A stretch of 64,000 nucleotides of DNA from Candidatus Poriferisodalis sp. (GTDB taxonomy: Bacteria > Actinomycetota > Acidimicrobiia > Acidimicrobiales > Poriferisodalaceae), in assembly GCF_965237655.1 (NCBI RefSeq), contig NZ_CBDEGB010000001.1:756033-820032 (forward strand), written 5' to 3'. Shown here in pieces: positions 10,201 to 19,073 of this stretch. Under the pieces are notes generated by a model. The model did not search any database, was not told the origin of the DNA, and saw only the letters and a program-made list of their open reading frames with translations. The position numbers and the translations under genes are program-made. How positions within the stretch are numbered: the stretch's first letter is position 1; each line of letters opens with the position of its first letter.

Positions 10201-10966
10201 GCGGGCCAGCGACATGCCAGGTCGTCCGCTCGAAGGATTCGCCCGGGCGGTCCGAGCGGGCGCAGCGGTCCAGATGGGGCACCCAGAGACAGTCACGGAC
10301 GATCTGGTGCGCGCCGGCTGGGACCGGACGTCTGGGCGCGATCCGCACGCTGGAGCGAGCGGGCCCGAGCCCACGAAGCGAGCCGAGCGGACCGCAGTGA
10401 TCGGCCTGCTCGACCTGCAGGTCTCCCTGGGGCTCGCGCTGTTGCAGCTGGGCCGGCCGGCGGACGCGATCACAGCACTCGAAGCCGTGAGCTCGGACGA
10501 CCTGCCGTCCACCTACCTGCACTCCAGCCTGGCCATCGCGTATGCGGCCGTCGGGCGCACGATCGATGCGTTGGAGCAGTCCCGATTCGCCATGGCAAGC
10601 GGCACCGGCACCTATCTCGACATGCGCACCGCCCTCGTGGCCCGTGCGCTCGCGCATGCGCGCGACGCCGATCGGCCGGCGATGGAGGCTGCGTTCGAGC
10701 AGGCCTTGGTGCTCATCGACGCCACCGACAGCCGGCTCAGCCAAGCGGTGGTACGGCTGGCCCGCGCCATCGGCCACGAGTCGTTCGAAGCGCCCGACAC
10801 GGCTGCGCTGCGCTCGGAGGCGGAGGTGGCGATGGCTCAGCTCGGAGCACGCCCGAGCGGCTGGGAAACGGCGTTCCGGCTGGCCGCGGGCCTCGAAGCA
10901 GCGGCACCCGCCATCACTGGCCCGCTGCCCGAGGCGATTCCGTTCCCCGGCGAGGCGGACCTGTAG
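7262..10966 (+). CDS. Zinc-ribbon / adenylate-guanylate cyclase / AAA ATPase / TPR multidomain regulator
   Basis: CPACATEVPQGARFCPSCG zinc ribbon. Class III cyclase block VTVLFADLVGFT...GDAILALFGAP...GINTGEV. P-loop GEAGMGKTRL. Long helical repeat C-terminus. Confidence 0.85.
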   Translation: MTCPACATEVPQGARFCPSCGNLLVQTEERRVVTVLFADLVGFTSMGESADPEELKHLVDQCFQRLVGDVTAFGGTVDKIIGDAILALFGAPTAHEDDPERALRAAFRMRRSLEAFSAERRMDLQMRIGINTGEVLVGALRAGGDYTAMGDTVNIASRLQTIAEAGEVLVGDATQAATVGIVEYTPRGEIGLRGRDEPVTVFAASGELAPPGRRRSASLSPLVGRHLESALLDAAIDTSVARRRAQLCQIVGEAGMGKTRLAREAAEGTVERHGAMVLESMALPYDETNPLRCLGDAIAAAAGVNASDSTVLATRRISSLVADVLQSTNGNSNGVASSSDAVTFEEIDEITDVVLAVLGRVGTGDPAEIEWRAEATFRSLRRFLGALARRQPVVLLLSDVHWAEERLLKVLEQLLAALANQPFIVITTARWNMDEHRWTVPPGRHSTVVLNLDALSREATADLVAELLGVSVPNHVAEQLYERSGGNPFFLEEMCVLLRESGVVGPGARPDHEERSLAEMPDTLRGLVAARLDTLSPPERRLVDAASVIGGGGSISELLEMTASPEPDPNAEQDPAIFQRLVDKDIFTSEADGWTFRSDVVRDVAYSMLTKAGRAERHLDVALWLAQNREDPSSESVGLIADHFASAVELGVSAGERDHRDGDVFEGGMTEVAIEWLGRAGRWAAARDSHYASAQFYRRAIEMLGDADPRLIDMALGRAAARLRLGELHGARADAELARAMATLNGNRIAAAHGLRVLGEVALAGDEHGAADKLLADALDQFRTMGEVREAAESLRLRGLASLRAGDYARADRYINEANGTFAHLGDESGVAWCLQNLAWLSFEQGLISEAGRRLTTAIERFIDLGDTVGLATAEGLLAFLRFHSGDRDEAEELAGSVHTIAHERGERFTEAMMDLLLASLGLWSGRALAAVERARAAEQVFRDVHSDFGVVQALGLLGRSYAAVGELQRSRAVLAECFQRASDMPGRPLEGFARAVRAGAAVQMGHPETVTDDLVRAGWDRTSGRDPHAGASGPEPTKRAERTAVIGLLDLQVSLGLALLQLGRPADAITALEAVSSDDLPSTYLHSSLAIAYAAVGRTIDALEQSRFAMASGTGTYLDMRTALVARALAHARDADRPAMEAAFEQALVLIDATDSRLSQAVVRLARAIGHESFEAPDTAALRSEAEVAMAQLGARPSGWETAFRLAAGLEAAAPAITGPLPEAIPFPGEADL

Positions 10967-10975
10967 GGTCGCCGC

Positions 10976-11389
10976 ATGTCTGCGCAGGCTCAGGGCGGAA
11001 GGGTGCTGATTGCGAAGCTCGGTCTCGACGGCCACGACCGCGGGGTCAAGGTCGTGGCCCGGATGCTGCGAGACGCCGGCTTCGAGGTGATCTACACCGG
11101 CCTGTTCCAGACCCCCGAGAGCGTGGTCGCGGCCGCCATCGACGAGGACGTGGACGCCATCGGGGTTTCCATGCTGTCGGGCGCCCATGAGGCATTGATG
11201 CCGCTGGTTGTCCAACGCCTGCGCGAAGCGGGCGCCGAGGGCATCCCGGTCATTCTCGGCGGCATCGTGCCCGGTGCTGACCTCGAGGCGATGGCTGAGG
11301 CCGGCGTGGCAGCGGTGCTGACCCCGGGCGCCACCTCCGATGAAGTGGTGGCCGCCGTGCGTGGCGCCATCGACCGATCTCGCGAGTGA
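10976..11389 (+). CDS. Cobalamin (B12)-binding domain protein, acyl-CoA mutase small-subunit type
   Basis: LIAKLGLDGHDRGVKVVARMLRDAGFEVIYTG... is the DxHxxG B12-binding motif of methylmalonyl/isobutyryl-CoA mutase C-terminal domains. 137 aa. Confidence 0.8.
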   Translation: MSAQAQGGRVLIAKLGLDGHDRGVKVVARMLRDAGFEVIYTGLFQTPESVVAAAIDEDVDAIGVSMLSGAHEALMPLVVQRLREAGAEGIPVILGGIVPGADLEAMAEAGVAAVLTPGATSDEVVAAVRGAIDRSRE

Positions 11390-11468
11390 CAACCTGAGCG
11401 TTGGCTGAGCAAATACCGGCCTACCGGCAGGCAAACGCAGACAGACCGGTAGATTGCCCGTCGTGCCT

Positions 11469-12323
11469 ATGGAGCGAATTGGGGTGGTGGGCTGCGGCCT
11501 GATGGGGTCCGGCATCGCCGAGGTAGCTGCTCGCAGCGGTTGCGACGTCAAGATTGTCGAAGTCGACGAGGATGCACTCGCGGCCGGCATGGCACGCATC
11601 GAGAAGAGCCTGAACCGCGCGGTCAACGCCGGCAAGCTCGACGACGCCGGGAGGGAAGCAGCGCTCGGCTCCCTGTCGTTCGGGCTCGACCTCGACGATC
11701 TGGCCGATCGAGAGTTTGTGATCGAGGCGATCGTCGAATCCGAGGCGGCCAAGCTGGATGTGTTCGGCCGGCTGTCGAAGGTGCTCACCGATCCCAACGC
11801 CGTGTTGGCGTCCAACACCTCGGCCATCCCGATCATGAAGCTGGCGATGGCAACCGACCGGCCCTCGCAGGTCATCGGCATGCACTTCTTCAACCCGGTG
11901 CCCGTGATGGGGCTTGTCGAAGTCATCTCCTCGCTGCTGACCGCCGAGGAGACCGCCCAGAAATGCCGGAAGTTCGCTACTGAACGGCTCGGCAAGCGGG
12001 TGGTGGACAGCGGGGACCGGGCCGGCTTCGTGGTGAACGCCCTGCTGATCCCCTACATCCTGTCCGCCATCCGGATGCTCGAATCCGGCTTCGCCTCGAC
12101 CGAGGACATCGACGCCGGCATGGTGCTGGGGTGCAATCACCCGATGGGCCCGCTGGCCCTGTGCGACCTCATCGGCCTCGACACGACGCTGGCGGTGGCA
12201 GAGTCGCTCTACGAGGAGTTCCGCGAGCAGCTCTACGCACCGCCGCCGATGCTCAGCCGCATGTGCGACGCCGGCCTGCTGGGTCGCAAGACCGGCCGGG
12301 GCTTCTACACCTACGGCGGCTAG
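11469..12323 (+). CDS. 3-hydroxybutyryl-CoA / 3-hydroxyacyl-CoA dehydrogenase
   Basis: Rossmann motif IGVVGCGLMGSGIA, and HFFNPVPVM plus GFVVNALL motifs. The ATG at 11469 is preferred over the TTG at 11454. Confidence 0.85.
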   Translation: MERIGVVGCGLMGSGIAEVAARSGCDVKIVEVDEDALAAGMARIEKSLNRAVNAGKLDDAGREAALGSLSFGLDLDDLADREFVIEAIVESEAAKLDVFGRLSKVLTDPNAVLASNTSAIPIMKLAMATDRPSQVIGMHFFNPVPVMGLVEVISSLLTAEETAQKCRKFATERLGKRVVDSGDRAGFVVNALLIPYILSAIRMLESGFASTEDIDAGMVLGCNHPMGPLALCDLIGLDTTLAVAESLYEEFREQLYAPPPMLSRMCDAGLLGRKTGRGFYTYGG

Positions 12324-13343
12324 ATGTCTCCCGCTGGCATCGATGCCCCGGCGGTGAGCGCCTGGTTCGCCCGCCATGTCCCGCAGGCTGCCCAGCCGCT
12401 TCGCTTCGAGCTCATCGCGGGCGGGCATTCGAATCTGACCTACCGGGTGCATTGCGCTGACGGCGATTCGGTGGTGCTGCGCCGCCCGCCGCTGGGGCAC
12501 GTGCTGGCCACAGCGCACGACATGTCCCGTGAGCACAAGATCATTTCGGGAGTGGGGCAGACCGACGTACCGGTGCCTCGTGCGATCGCGCTGTGTACTG
12601 ATGAGGGCGTGAACGGGGCGCCGTTCTACCTCATGAGCTACGAAGAAGGCGCAGTGCTCCACTCGGCGGACGAATCCGAGCTCGTTCTCGATGCCGAGCG
12701 CATGTCGTTGAGTCGCCGGGTGGCTGACGTGCTGGCCGAACTGCACGCGATCGAACCCGATGACGTGGGCCTGGGCGACCTGGGGCGCCGGGAGGACTAC
12801 CTCGGGCGGCAGATGCGACGTTGGACCCGTCAATGGGAGCAGTCCAAGACGCGCGAACTGCCGATCATGGACGAATTGGCCACCGAGCTCGACGCCCGCA
12901 AGCCCGAACAGATCGGCTCGGCCATCGTCCATGGCGACTACCGGCTGGGCAACATGCTGTCGAGCGCCGGGGACATCGTGGCGGTGCTCGACTGGGAGTT
13001 GTGCACGCTGGGCGACCCGATGGCCGACGTGGGGTTCCTGATGAACAACTGGGTGTCACCCGATGAGCAATCGGCTGGCACGTCTGCGCCCACGCAGGCG
13101 GGCGGCTTTGCGGCCCGCAGCGACATGCTGGATTGGTACGCCGATGCGTCCGGGCGTGACGTGTCGAATATCGACTACTACCGCGCGTTTTCGTATTGGC
13201 GATTGGCTGCTATATCCGAAGGAGTGCTGAACCGGTACCTGCGCGGCGTGATGGCCGACGCTGAAGAAACCGACACAGACGTGTTCCGCCAAAGCGTCGA
13301 TTTCCTGTCGGCGAGCGCAGCCGAGCGGCTCGCCATCAGGTGA
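12324..13343 (+). CDS. Phosphotransferase (APH/ChoK-like kinase fold) family protein
   Basis: GGHSNLTY, the catalytic loop IVHGDYRLGNML and DWELCTLGDP. The ATG follows the upstream stop codon directly. Confidence 0.7.
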   Translation: MSPAGIDAPAVSAWFARHVPQAAQPLRFELIAGGHSNLTYRVHCADGDSVVLRRPPLGHVLATAHDMSREHKIISGVGQTDVPVPRAIALCTDEGVNGAPFYLMSYEEGAVLHSADESELVLDAERMSLSRRVADVLAELHAIEPDDVGLGDLGRREDYLGRQMRRWTRQWEQSKTRELPIMDELATELDARKPEQIGSAIVHGDYRLGNMLSSAGDIVAVLDWELCTLGDPMADVGFLMNNWVSPDEQSAGTSAPTQAGGFAARSDMLDWYADASGRDVSNIDYYRAFSYWRLAAISEGVLNRYLRGVMADAEETDTDVFRQSVDFLSASAAERLAIR

Positions 13344-13362
13344 CGGTGACGGCTGATCGCTG

Positions 13363-14937
13363 ATGGAACAGGGTCCCGACAGCCGACCCGAAACCGGCGA
13401 CCCGGCGCGGGATCCCCAGCCCGATGCTGAGCCGGCAGCCGAGACGCAGGATGGGTCGTCCCGAGGTGCGTCGGTGCGAGAGCCGCTGGCGCGGCCGGGA
13501 TGCCTGCTGGCAGGAATTGCCGGAGCGGTGGGCGCGCTGGCGGGTGCGCTGATCGCGGGACTGATCCTGCTGGTGGCATTGAGCGGCGACGACTCGGATG
13601 TCGCCAGGCCGACCGACACGGTCACGGTGGCCGAGACGAAGGCCGGTTCGGCGTCGCCGGCTGCCGCCGACACGTCCGAGATGTCTGAGCCGACCAGCAC
13701 CACACGGGCCGAGACGGCTCCCGAGTCGACCAGTCCTGATTCGGCCGCCGCCGATGACGAGCCGGTGAGCGACAGCGCTCCTGTCTTGGGGGACGATGCC
13801 TACCCGGCGCTTGAACCCACTGTCGTCGCTGAGTACTGGGCGCGGCTGCTCACCGGTGAGGAGATCGAGCCAGGCTCGCCGTTGGGAAGCCGCATCGAAG
13901 GCATCAACATCAAGGCCGTTCTCGAGGCGGTCCAGGAATCGGTCGTCATCGTGAAGGTCACAACCGATGAGGGCGACGTCACAGGCTCCGGCTTCATCGT
14001 GACCCCGCAGGGGCGCATCGTCACCAACGCCCACGTGGTCGAGAACGCGAACAGGGTGGACGTGCGGTTCTTCGGGGGCGAGCTGGTGCCTGCTCGGGTC
14101 ATGATCACCGATCCCGCGCGGGATCTCGCGGTGCTTCAGGTCGACCGGGACGGCCTGCCGACGGTGCGGCTCGGCTCCACTGACGGTGTGGAAGTCGGCG
14201 ACGAGGTGATTGCCATCGGCAATGCCCTCGACATCATCGGCGAGCCGACCGTCACGTCGGGAATCGTGTCGGGCCTCAACCGCTACATCGAATTCGAGGA
14301 CGGGAAGCGGTTGGTGCGTCTCATCCAGACCGACGCTGCCATCAACCCCGGCAACTCAGGTGGACCGCTCGTCAACGCCGCCGGAGAAGTCATCGGGGTC
14401 AATACGGCGATTGCCCGGAGGCTCTCCGCAGGCATCGGACTCGCCGAAGGCATCGGATACGCCATCTCGATCGATCATGCTCGACCGATCATCGACCTGC
14501 TGCTCGAGGGCGTGGTGCAGGCCAAGGCCTACCTCGGCGTGCGCATCGTCTCGGTCGAGGACTGGATCAATCGGGACGATCCGCCCGATGCCGACGATAC
14601 GGAGCCGGACGGCGGGATCGGCGATTTGGGTCCGGTGACGGTGGAGCCGGGACCCGACCCCGACGACGAACTCGCCGATATCGAGGTTGCGCCCCAGGTC
14701 ACGTACGGGGCGCTCGTCGTCGGCATCGACCCTGGCGAAGCTGCCGATCGGGCGGGTATCGAGCGGGGCGACGTGATCGTCGAATTCGAAGGCGAGACGA
14801 TCCGGACGAGCAACGACCTGGTGGTGGAGATCTTGGCGCGGCTGCCGGGCGATCGGGTCGAGATGGGCGTGATCGGCCTCGACGGGAGGCTGCGGTCGGT
14901 CGACCTGGAACTGGGTTCCTTCGAGTCAGAGGAGTAG
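13363..14937 (+). CDS. Trypsin-like serine protease with C-terminal PDZ (HtrA/S1C family), disordered N-terminus and TM
   Basis: TNAHVV (His), DLAVL (Asp) and GNSGGPL (Ser) catalytic blocks. PDZ-like GALVVGIDPGEAADRAGIERGDVIVEF. Confidence 0.8.
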   Translation: MEQGPDSRPETGDPARDPQPDAEPAAETQDGSSRGASVREPLARPGCLLAGIAGAVGALAGALIAGLILLVALSGDDSDVARPTDTVTVAETKAGSASPAAADTSEMSEPTSTTRAETAPESTSPDSAAADDEPVSDSAPVLGDDAYPALEPTVVAEYWARLLTGEEIEPGSPLGSRIEGINIKAVLEAVQESVVIVKVTTDEGDVTGSGFIVTPQGRIVTNAHVVENANRVDVRFFGGELVPARVMITDPARDLAVLQVDRDGLPTVRLGSTDGVEVGDEVIAIGNALDIIGEPTVTSGIVSGLNRYIEFEDGKRLVRLIQTDAAINPGNSGGPLVNAAGEVIGVNTAIARRLSAGIGLAEGIGYAISIDHARPIIDLLLEGVVQAKAYLGVRIVSVEDWINRDDPPDADDTEPDGGIGDLGPVTVEPGPDPDDELADIEVAPQVTYGALVVGIDPGEAADRAGIERGDVIVEFEGETIRTSNDLVVEILARLPGDRVEMGVIGLDGRLRSVDLELGSFESEE

Positions 14938-15015
14938 ATGCTCCGGCCGGTGAGTCGCTCAGCGCGTCTCGCACGTGTTCGCGATACTGCGGGCCACGAC
15001 CAACAAGGGAGCGTC

Positions 15016-15846
15016 ATGACAGATCGAGTCTTCGACACCGGAACCGACGACATCGTCGTCGAGGTGACCGACGGCGTGATGACCATCACGCTGAATCGTC
15101 CCGAACGCCGCAATGCGATGTCCACTCCGATGATGGACGGACTGATCACTGCGATCGCCGACGCCGAGGTGGCCTCCGATGTGGGCGCACTGGTGCTGAC
15201 CGGGGCCGGCGGGGCCTTCTGCGCCGGCGGCGACGTCAAGGGCATGGCCGCCGCTGGCGGCGAGGGCGGCGGCAGCCCACTGCAGTACGACGCCCGGGTG
15301 CACCGGCAGCGGCGCAGCCAGCGCGACACCTCCGGGAAGCTGTACGAGATGCCCAAGCCGACCATTGCTGCGCTGGGAGGCGCTGCGGCGGGGGCGGGCC
15401 TGTCCATGGCACTGGCGTGCGACCTGCGCTACGCGTCGCCGAATGCCGTGATCACGACGGCGTTTGCCCGGGTGGGTTTCAGCGGCGACTACGGCGGCAC
15501 GTGGTTCATGTCGCGCCTGATCGGCTCGGCCAAGGCCCGCGAGCTGTATTACCTGTCTGACCGGGTCGACATGGACCAAGCGGTGTCATTGGGCTTGGTG
15601 AACGGCGTGTTCTCCGCCGAGAGCCTGATGGACGAGGTGGGAGCCATTGCGCGGCGGCTGGCCAACGGCCCGACCGTGGCGTTCCGGTACATGAAGGAGA
15701 ACCTGAACCGGGCCGTCAACGGCGACATGGGCGAATGCTTGGACATGGAAGCTGCCCACCACATCCACTGCGGACAGACCGACGACCACAAGGAAGCGGC
15801 GCAAGCTTTCGTGGACAAGCGCGAGCCGGTCTTCCACGGCCGTTGA
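15016..15846 (+). CDS. Enoyl-CoA hydratase/isomerase (crotonase) family protein
   Basis: ITLNRPERRNAM, LTGAGGAFCAGGD and GGAAAGAGLSMALACD motifs. The ATG at 15016 follows AAGGGAG. Confidence 0.85.
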   Translation: MTDRVFDTGTDDIVVEVTDGVMTITLNRPERRNAMSTPMMDGLITAIADAEVASDVGALVLTGAGGAFCAGGDVKGMAAAGGEGGGSPLQYDARVHRQRRSQRDTSGKLYEMPKPTIAALGGAAAGAGLSMALACDLRYASPNAVITTAFARVGFSGDYGGTWFMSRLIGSAKARELYYLSDRVDMDQAVSLGLVNGVFSAESLMDEVGAIARRLANGPTVAFRYMKENLNRAVNGDMGECLDMEAAHHIHCGQTDDHKEAAQAFVDKREPVFHGR

Positions 15847-16094
15847 TCAACTCGCCGTGAGAGCGGGCCGATAACAGCTTCTCTAACTGCTGTTCGATTC
15901 TTGGGGCTGTCGGCGCAGGCTGCGCCGTACGCTTGTGCGGATGCGGAACGAGATCGACCTTCAGCCAGGTCGATCCGGCACGGGTGCCGCAAGTTCCTCG
16001 TGCCGCGACGGAAGCCCCGGTCATCGAACGTCGCGATGACGGCGAGCTCGTCGACCCCGGCCAGCGCAACGGTACGGCCGCGCCGCCCCGAACG

Positions 16095-17519
16095 ATGCCC
16101 GCTGCGAGTCCACCGCCGGGTCGTCCTCGAGCGCGTGAAGCAGTTCCGGGACGGGCCTGGCGGGCGCTCACGGTGGCGTCGCTGGGCACAGTCTTGGTGG
16201 GCTTCAACAGCACCGCGACGAATCTCGCGCTCGATGCGATTCAGGAGAGTTTCGTCGGCGCCACCGCAGCCGATGTGGGTTGGGGCATTGCCGGCTTCAT
16301 GATCGGTACCGCAGCGTTCTTGCCGCTGGCAGGCCGCCTGGCCGATCGCATCGGGCGCAAGCTGATCTTCCAGGCAGGACTGGTGCTGTTTGCCCTGTCT
16401 GCGGTGGCTTCGGCGATTGCGCCCACCGTGTGGACGCTGAATCTGGCCCGGGTGCTGCAGGCCATCGGCGGCGCGGCGATTCTGCCTGCCTCGCTCAGCT
16501 TGGTGCTGCCGCTCTTTCCTACGTCACGACGCACCACCGCTGTGGGTCTGTGGTCTGCTGCGGGCCCGCTGGCGGCCGGAATTGCCCCGGGACTGTCTGC
16601 GCTCTTGCTGGGGGCGGCCGGGTGGCGGGTCCTCTACTTCGTGAGCGCGCCCGTTGCAGTGTTGATGTTCTTGGTGGCGTGGCGCGTTCTTCGGGAGCTG
16701 CCGACGCCGGAGGCTTCGCACCGGCTTGATGTAACCGGTGCCGCCGCAGGGACGATCGGGCTCGCGGCGCTTGTCACGGCGATCATGCAGGGTGGCCGGG
16801 TTTGGGGCTGGACGTCGCCGGTCACACTCGCCGTGGCGGTCGTGGGGCTAGGTGCATTCGCCTGGTTCGTCAACAACTCGCTGCGCCATCCGGAGCCACT
16901 GCTGAATCTGCACCTTCTGCGTCGACGCGGCGTGTGGGTGACGCAGTTGTCCAACTTCTTGGTGGGCGTCTCGTCGCAGGCGATCTGGCTGATCTGGCCG
17001 CTGTTCATGTTCAACTTCTGGGACTACTCCGCGAACCAAGTCGGACTCGGCGTCACGGTCGGGCCCATCGTGGCGGGCGCGTCCACCGTGTTCTTCAGCC
17101 GGCTGGGCGAACGATGGAGCGCGATCACCCTGTGCCGCACCGGTGCGGCCATACAGATTCTGGCCATCGGGTGGCAGGTGGTGCGGCTGGGCACCGAGGC
17201 GGATTATCTCGGCGAGATGGCACCGACGATCGCGCTATTTGGGTTGGGCTGGGGCATGTGTGTGCCGCTGCTCAACAGCGTGGCGCTGGCCTGGGTGGAC
17301 GAGTCGTACTTCGGCGAGATCAGCGGACTGTTCAACACGCTGCGGTACGCAGCTTCCGCGATCGGCATCGCCGGCCTGTTCGCGCTGCTGAAGGACGAAT
17401 CCGGCGAGCGCGCGCTCGTCTATTACCAGCATGTGCTGGCGTTCTTCCTGGTCTTCGCGATTGCGGCGTTCGTGTCGCTGTGGGTTCCCATCGGACGACC
17501 TGACCGCTCGCGCAGCTAA
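16095..17519 (+). CDS. MFS transporter, DHA2 (EmrB/QacA)-like, 14-TM type
   Basis: Motif LAGRLADRIGRK after TM2 and many hydrophobic segments. The start is uncertain. The tracked ORF opens at 15933, and 16095 is the ATG closest to the first TM. Confidence 0.7.
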   Translation: MPAASPPPGRPRAREAVPGRAWRALTVASLGTVLVGFNSTATNLALDAIQESFVGATAADVGWGIAGFMIGTAAFLPLAGRLADRIGRKLIFQAGLVLFALSAVASAIAPTVWTLNLARVLQAIGGAAILPASLSLVLPLFPTSRRTTAVGLWSAAGPLAAGIAPGLSALLLGAAGWRVLYFVSAPVAVLMFLVAWRVLRELPTPEASHRLDVTGAAAGTIGLAALVTAIMQGGRVWGWTSPVTLAVAVVGLGAFAWFVNNSLRHPEPLLNLHLLRRRGVWVTQLSNFLVGVSSQAIWLIWPLFMFNFWDYSANQVGLGVTVGPIVAGASTVFFSRLGERWSAITLCRTGAAIQILAIGWQVVRLGTEADYLGEMAPTIALFGLGWGMCVPLLNSVALAWVDESYFGEISGLFNTLRYAASAIGIAGLFALLKDESGERALVYYQHVLAFFLVFAIAAFVSLWVPIGRPDRSRS

Positions 17520-17573
17520 CGATCACATATTGCGAATGGTGCCGTGCAATCGCGTATGGCACGCTGATCACCT

Positions 17574-18080
17574 GTGTCGTTGGACCAGATGCTCCGGCTG
17601 TTCGCGGTGGCAGCGCTTGCCTGTAATGCGGCGACCGTTGTGGTGTTGTTCCGCCGCGCACGTGGACGGCAGCTGAGTGCTCGTACCGTCACGGGAATCG
17701 CCGCGGCGCTGGCGGTGGGGGCCATGCTCGGCTCGTTGTACCTGTCGGAGATCGCGCACCTCGAGCCGTGTCGCTGGTGCTGGTTCCAGCGCGTCGCCAT
17801 GTACCCGCTGGCGCTCGTGCTGGTGATCGGTCTGCTCGTCCGCGACCGGTGGGTCTACCGCTACGGGTTGCCGATGTGCGTGGCCGGCGCAGCGATGTCG
17901 ACCTGGCACTACCTGCTGCAGCATTTCCCAGGTCTCGAAGGCGCCACGACGTGCAGCCTGGTCAGTCCGTGCACAGTGCGGTACGCATGGGAGTTCGGCT
18001 TCGTGTCGATCCCGTATATGGCCGGCAGCGTGTTCGTCCTGGTTGCGGTGCTGTTGAACCTGTCTCGTCAGCGGTCCTGA
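17574..18080 (+). CDS. Disulfide bond formation protein B-like (DsbB/BdbC family)
   Basis: Four TM segments with CRWCWFQRVAMYP (CxxC at the end of TM1) and a second Cys pair, TCSLVSPC. Confidence 0.7.
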   Translation: MSLDQMLRLFAVAALACNAATVVVLFRRARGRQLSARTVTGIAAALAVGAMLGSLYLSEIAHLEPCRWCWFQRVAMYPLALVLVIGLLVRDRWVYRYGLPMCVAGAAMSTWHYLLQHFPGLEGATTCSLVSPCTVRYAWEFGFVSIPYMAGSVFVLVAVLLNLSRQRS

Positions 18081-18156
18081 CCATTCTTCGCTCCTGACTA
18101 TGAGACAGCGCGTCTGGCTCCTACGGTGGTGACATGATCAAGAGTGAGACCGAGCG

Positions 18157-19041
18157 ATGAGGCGGCTTCTGAACAGGCTGATTCCCCGGACTACAGGCGG
18201 CCGCTGGGCTGCTGGTGTCGGCAATCTGGTGGGAGCCGCGCTGGTCATCTACTTGACCTTCTTCGTGTTTGGCTTCCACCTGATCTTCGTAGACGAGGTG
18301 GTGGACGAGGAGGCCCCCGAGTTCGCCGGCGGCGATGCCGACATCGACGAGCTGATCAGCGAGGCGCGGGGCGACGACACTGACGCAGCGACGGCCGATG
18401 ACGACGAGCGCGCCGCGGTCGACCAGCAGATCGCCGAGCTGGAATCAGAGATCGTCAGCGTGCGTGATGCCGCGATGGCGCAGGACACCGACGAGGCCAT
18501 GGAGGCCATGTACCAGCAGGTGGATGTGCTACAGGCCGAGCTAGCGGAGTTGGAGGCCGAGCGTGAGCGGCTGATGACCCCGGCTGAAGTCGAGCAGGCT
18601 GCCGAAGCTGAGAAGCAGATCACCGAGCACTCGATGTCGGTAGCCGAGCACATGCTTGATGAACCCGAAATGGCCGAAATGGCCGATGACGGCGACGTGC
18701 GGGTGACCGCAGTGGGCACGTTCGGAGCCCGGTCGCATCCCGCCTCCGGCGTTGCGGTGGTGCTCACCGACGGCACTCAGACGTTCCTGCGGTTCGACGA
18801 CGACTTCGCCACCGACAACGGTCCCGATCTGAACGTGTACCTGACGGCGGCAGGCCCCGACGCCTCGGTCGGCGATCTCGCAGCCGATTTCGTCGACCTG
18901 GGCGACCTCAAGGGCAACATCGGTGCACAGAACTACGAGATCCCTGCCGATGTGGACCTCGACCGCTACCGCACGGTGGCCATCTGGTGCGTCCGCTTCA
19001 GCGTCGTGTTCGGCACGGCCGAATTGGAGCCGATGGGTTAG
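18157..19041 (+). CDS. DM13 domain-containing membrane-anchored protein with an acidic coiled linker
   Basis: C-terminus GTFGARSHPASGVAVVLTDG..FLRFDDDFATDNGPDLNVYL...NYEIP...YRTVAIWCVRFSVVFG fits DM13. Confidence 0.6.
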   Translation: MRRLLNRLIPRTTGGRWAAGVGNLVGAALVIYLTFFVFGFHLIFVDEVVDEEAPEFAGGDADIDELISEARGDDTDAATADDDERAAVDQQIAELESEIVSVRDAAMAQDTDEAMEAMYQQVDVLQAELAELEAERERLMTPAEVEQAAEAEKQITEHSMSVAEHMLDEPEMAEMADDGDVRVTAVGTFGARSHPASGVAVVLTDGTQTFLRFDDDFATDNGPDLNVYLTAAGPDASVGDLAADFVDLGDLKGNIGAQNYEIPADVDLDRYRTVAIWCVRFSVVFGTAELEPMG

Positions 19042-19047
19042 TTGTTC

Positions 19048-19073
19048 GAGCGGGCGCGATGGCGCCCGTGCTC
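19048..19073. terminator. Possible bidirectional hairpin terminator between convergent genes
   Basis: GAGCGGGCGC-GATG-GCGCCCGTGCTC imperfect GC-rich stem-loop between the stops of the 18157-19041 (+) and 19072-20106 (-) genes. No clear U-tract. Confidence 0.3.

Noticed and set aside
7262-10966. Cyclase-AAA-TPR giant protein as a possible cyclic-nucleotide defence sensor (Pycsar/CBASS-like)
   Set aside because: The architecture is the common actinobacterial regulatory cyclase/LuxR-type ATPase family. It sits in the core segment with no effector gene attached.
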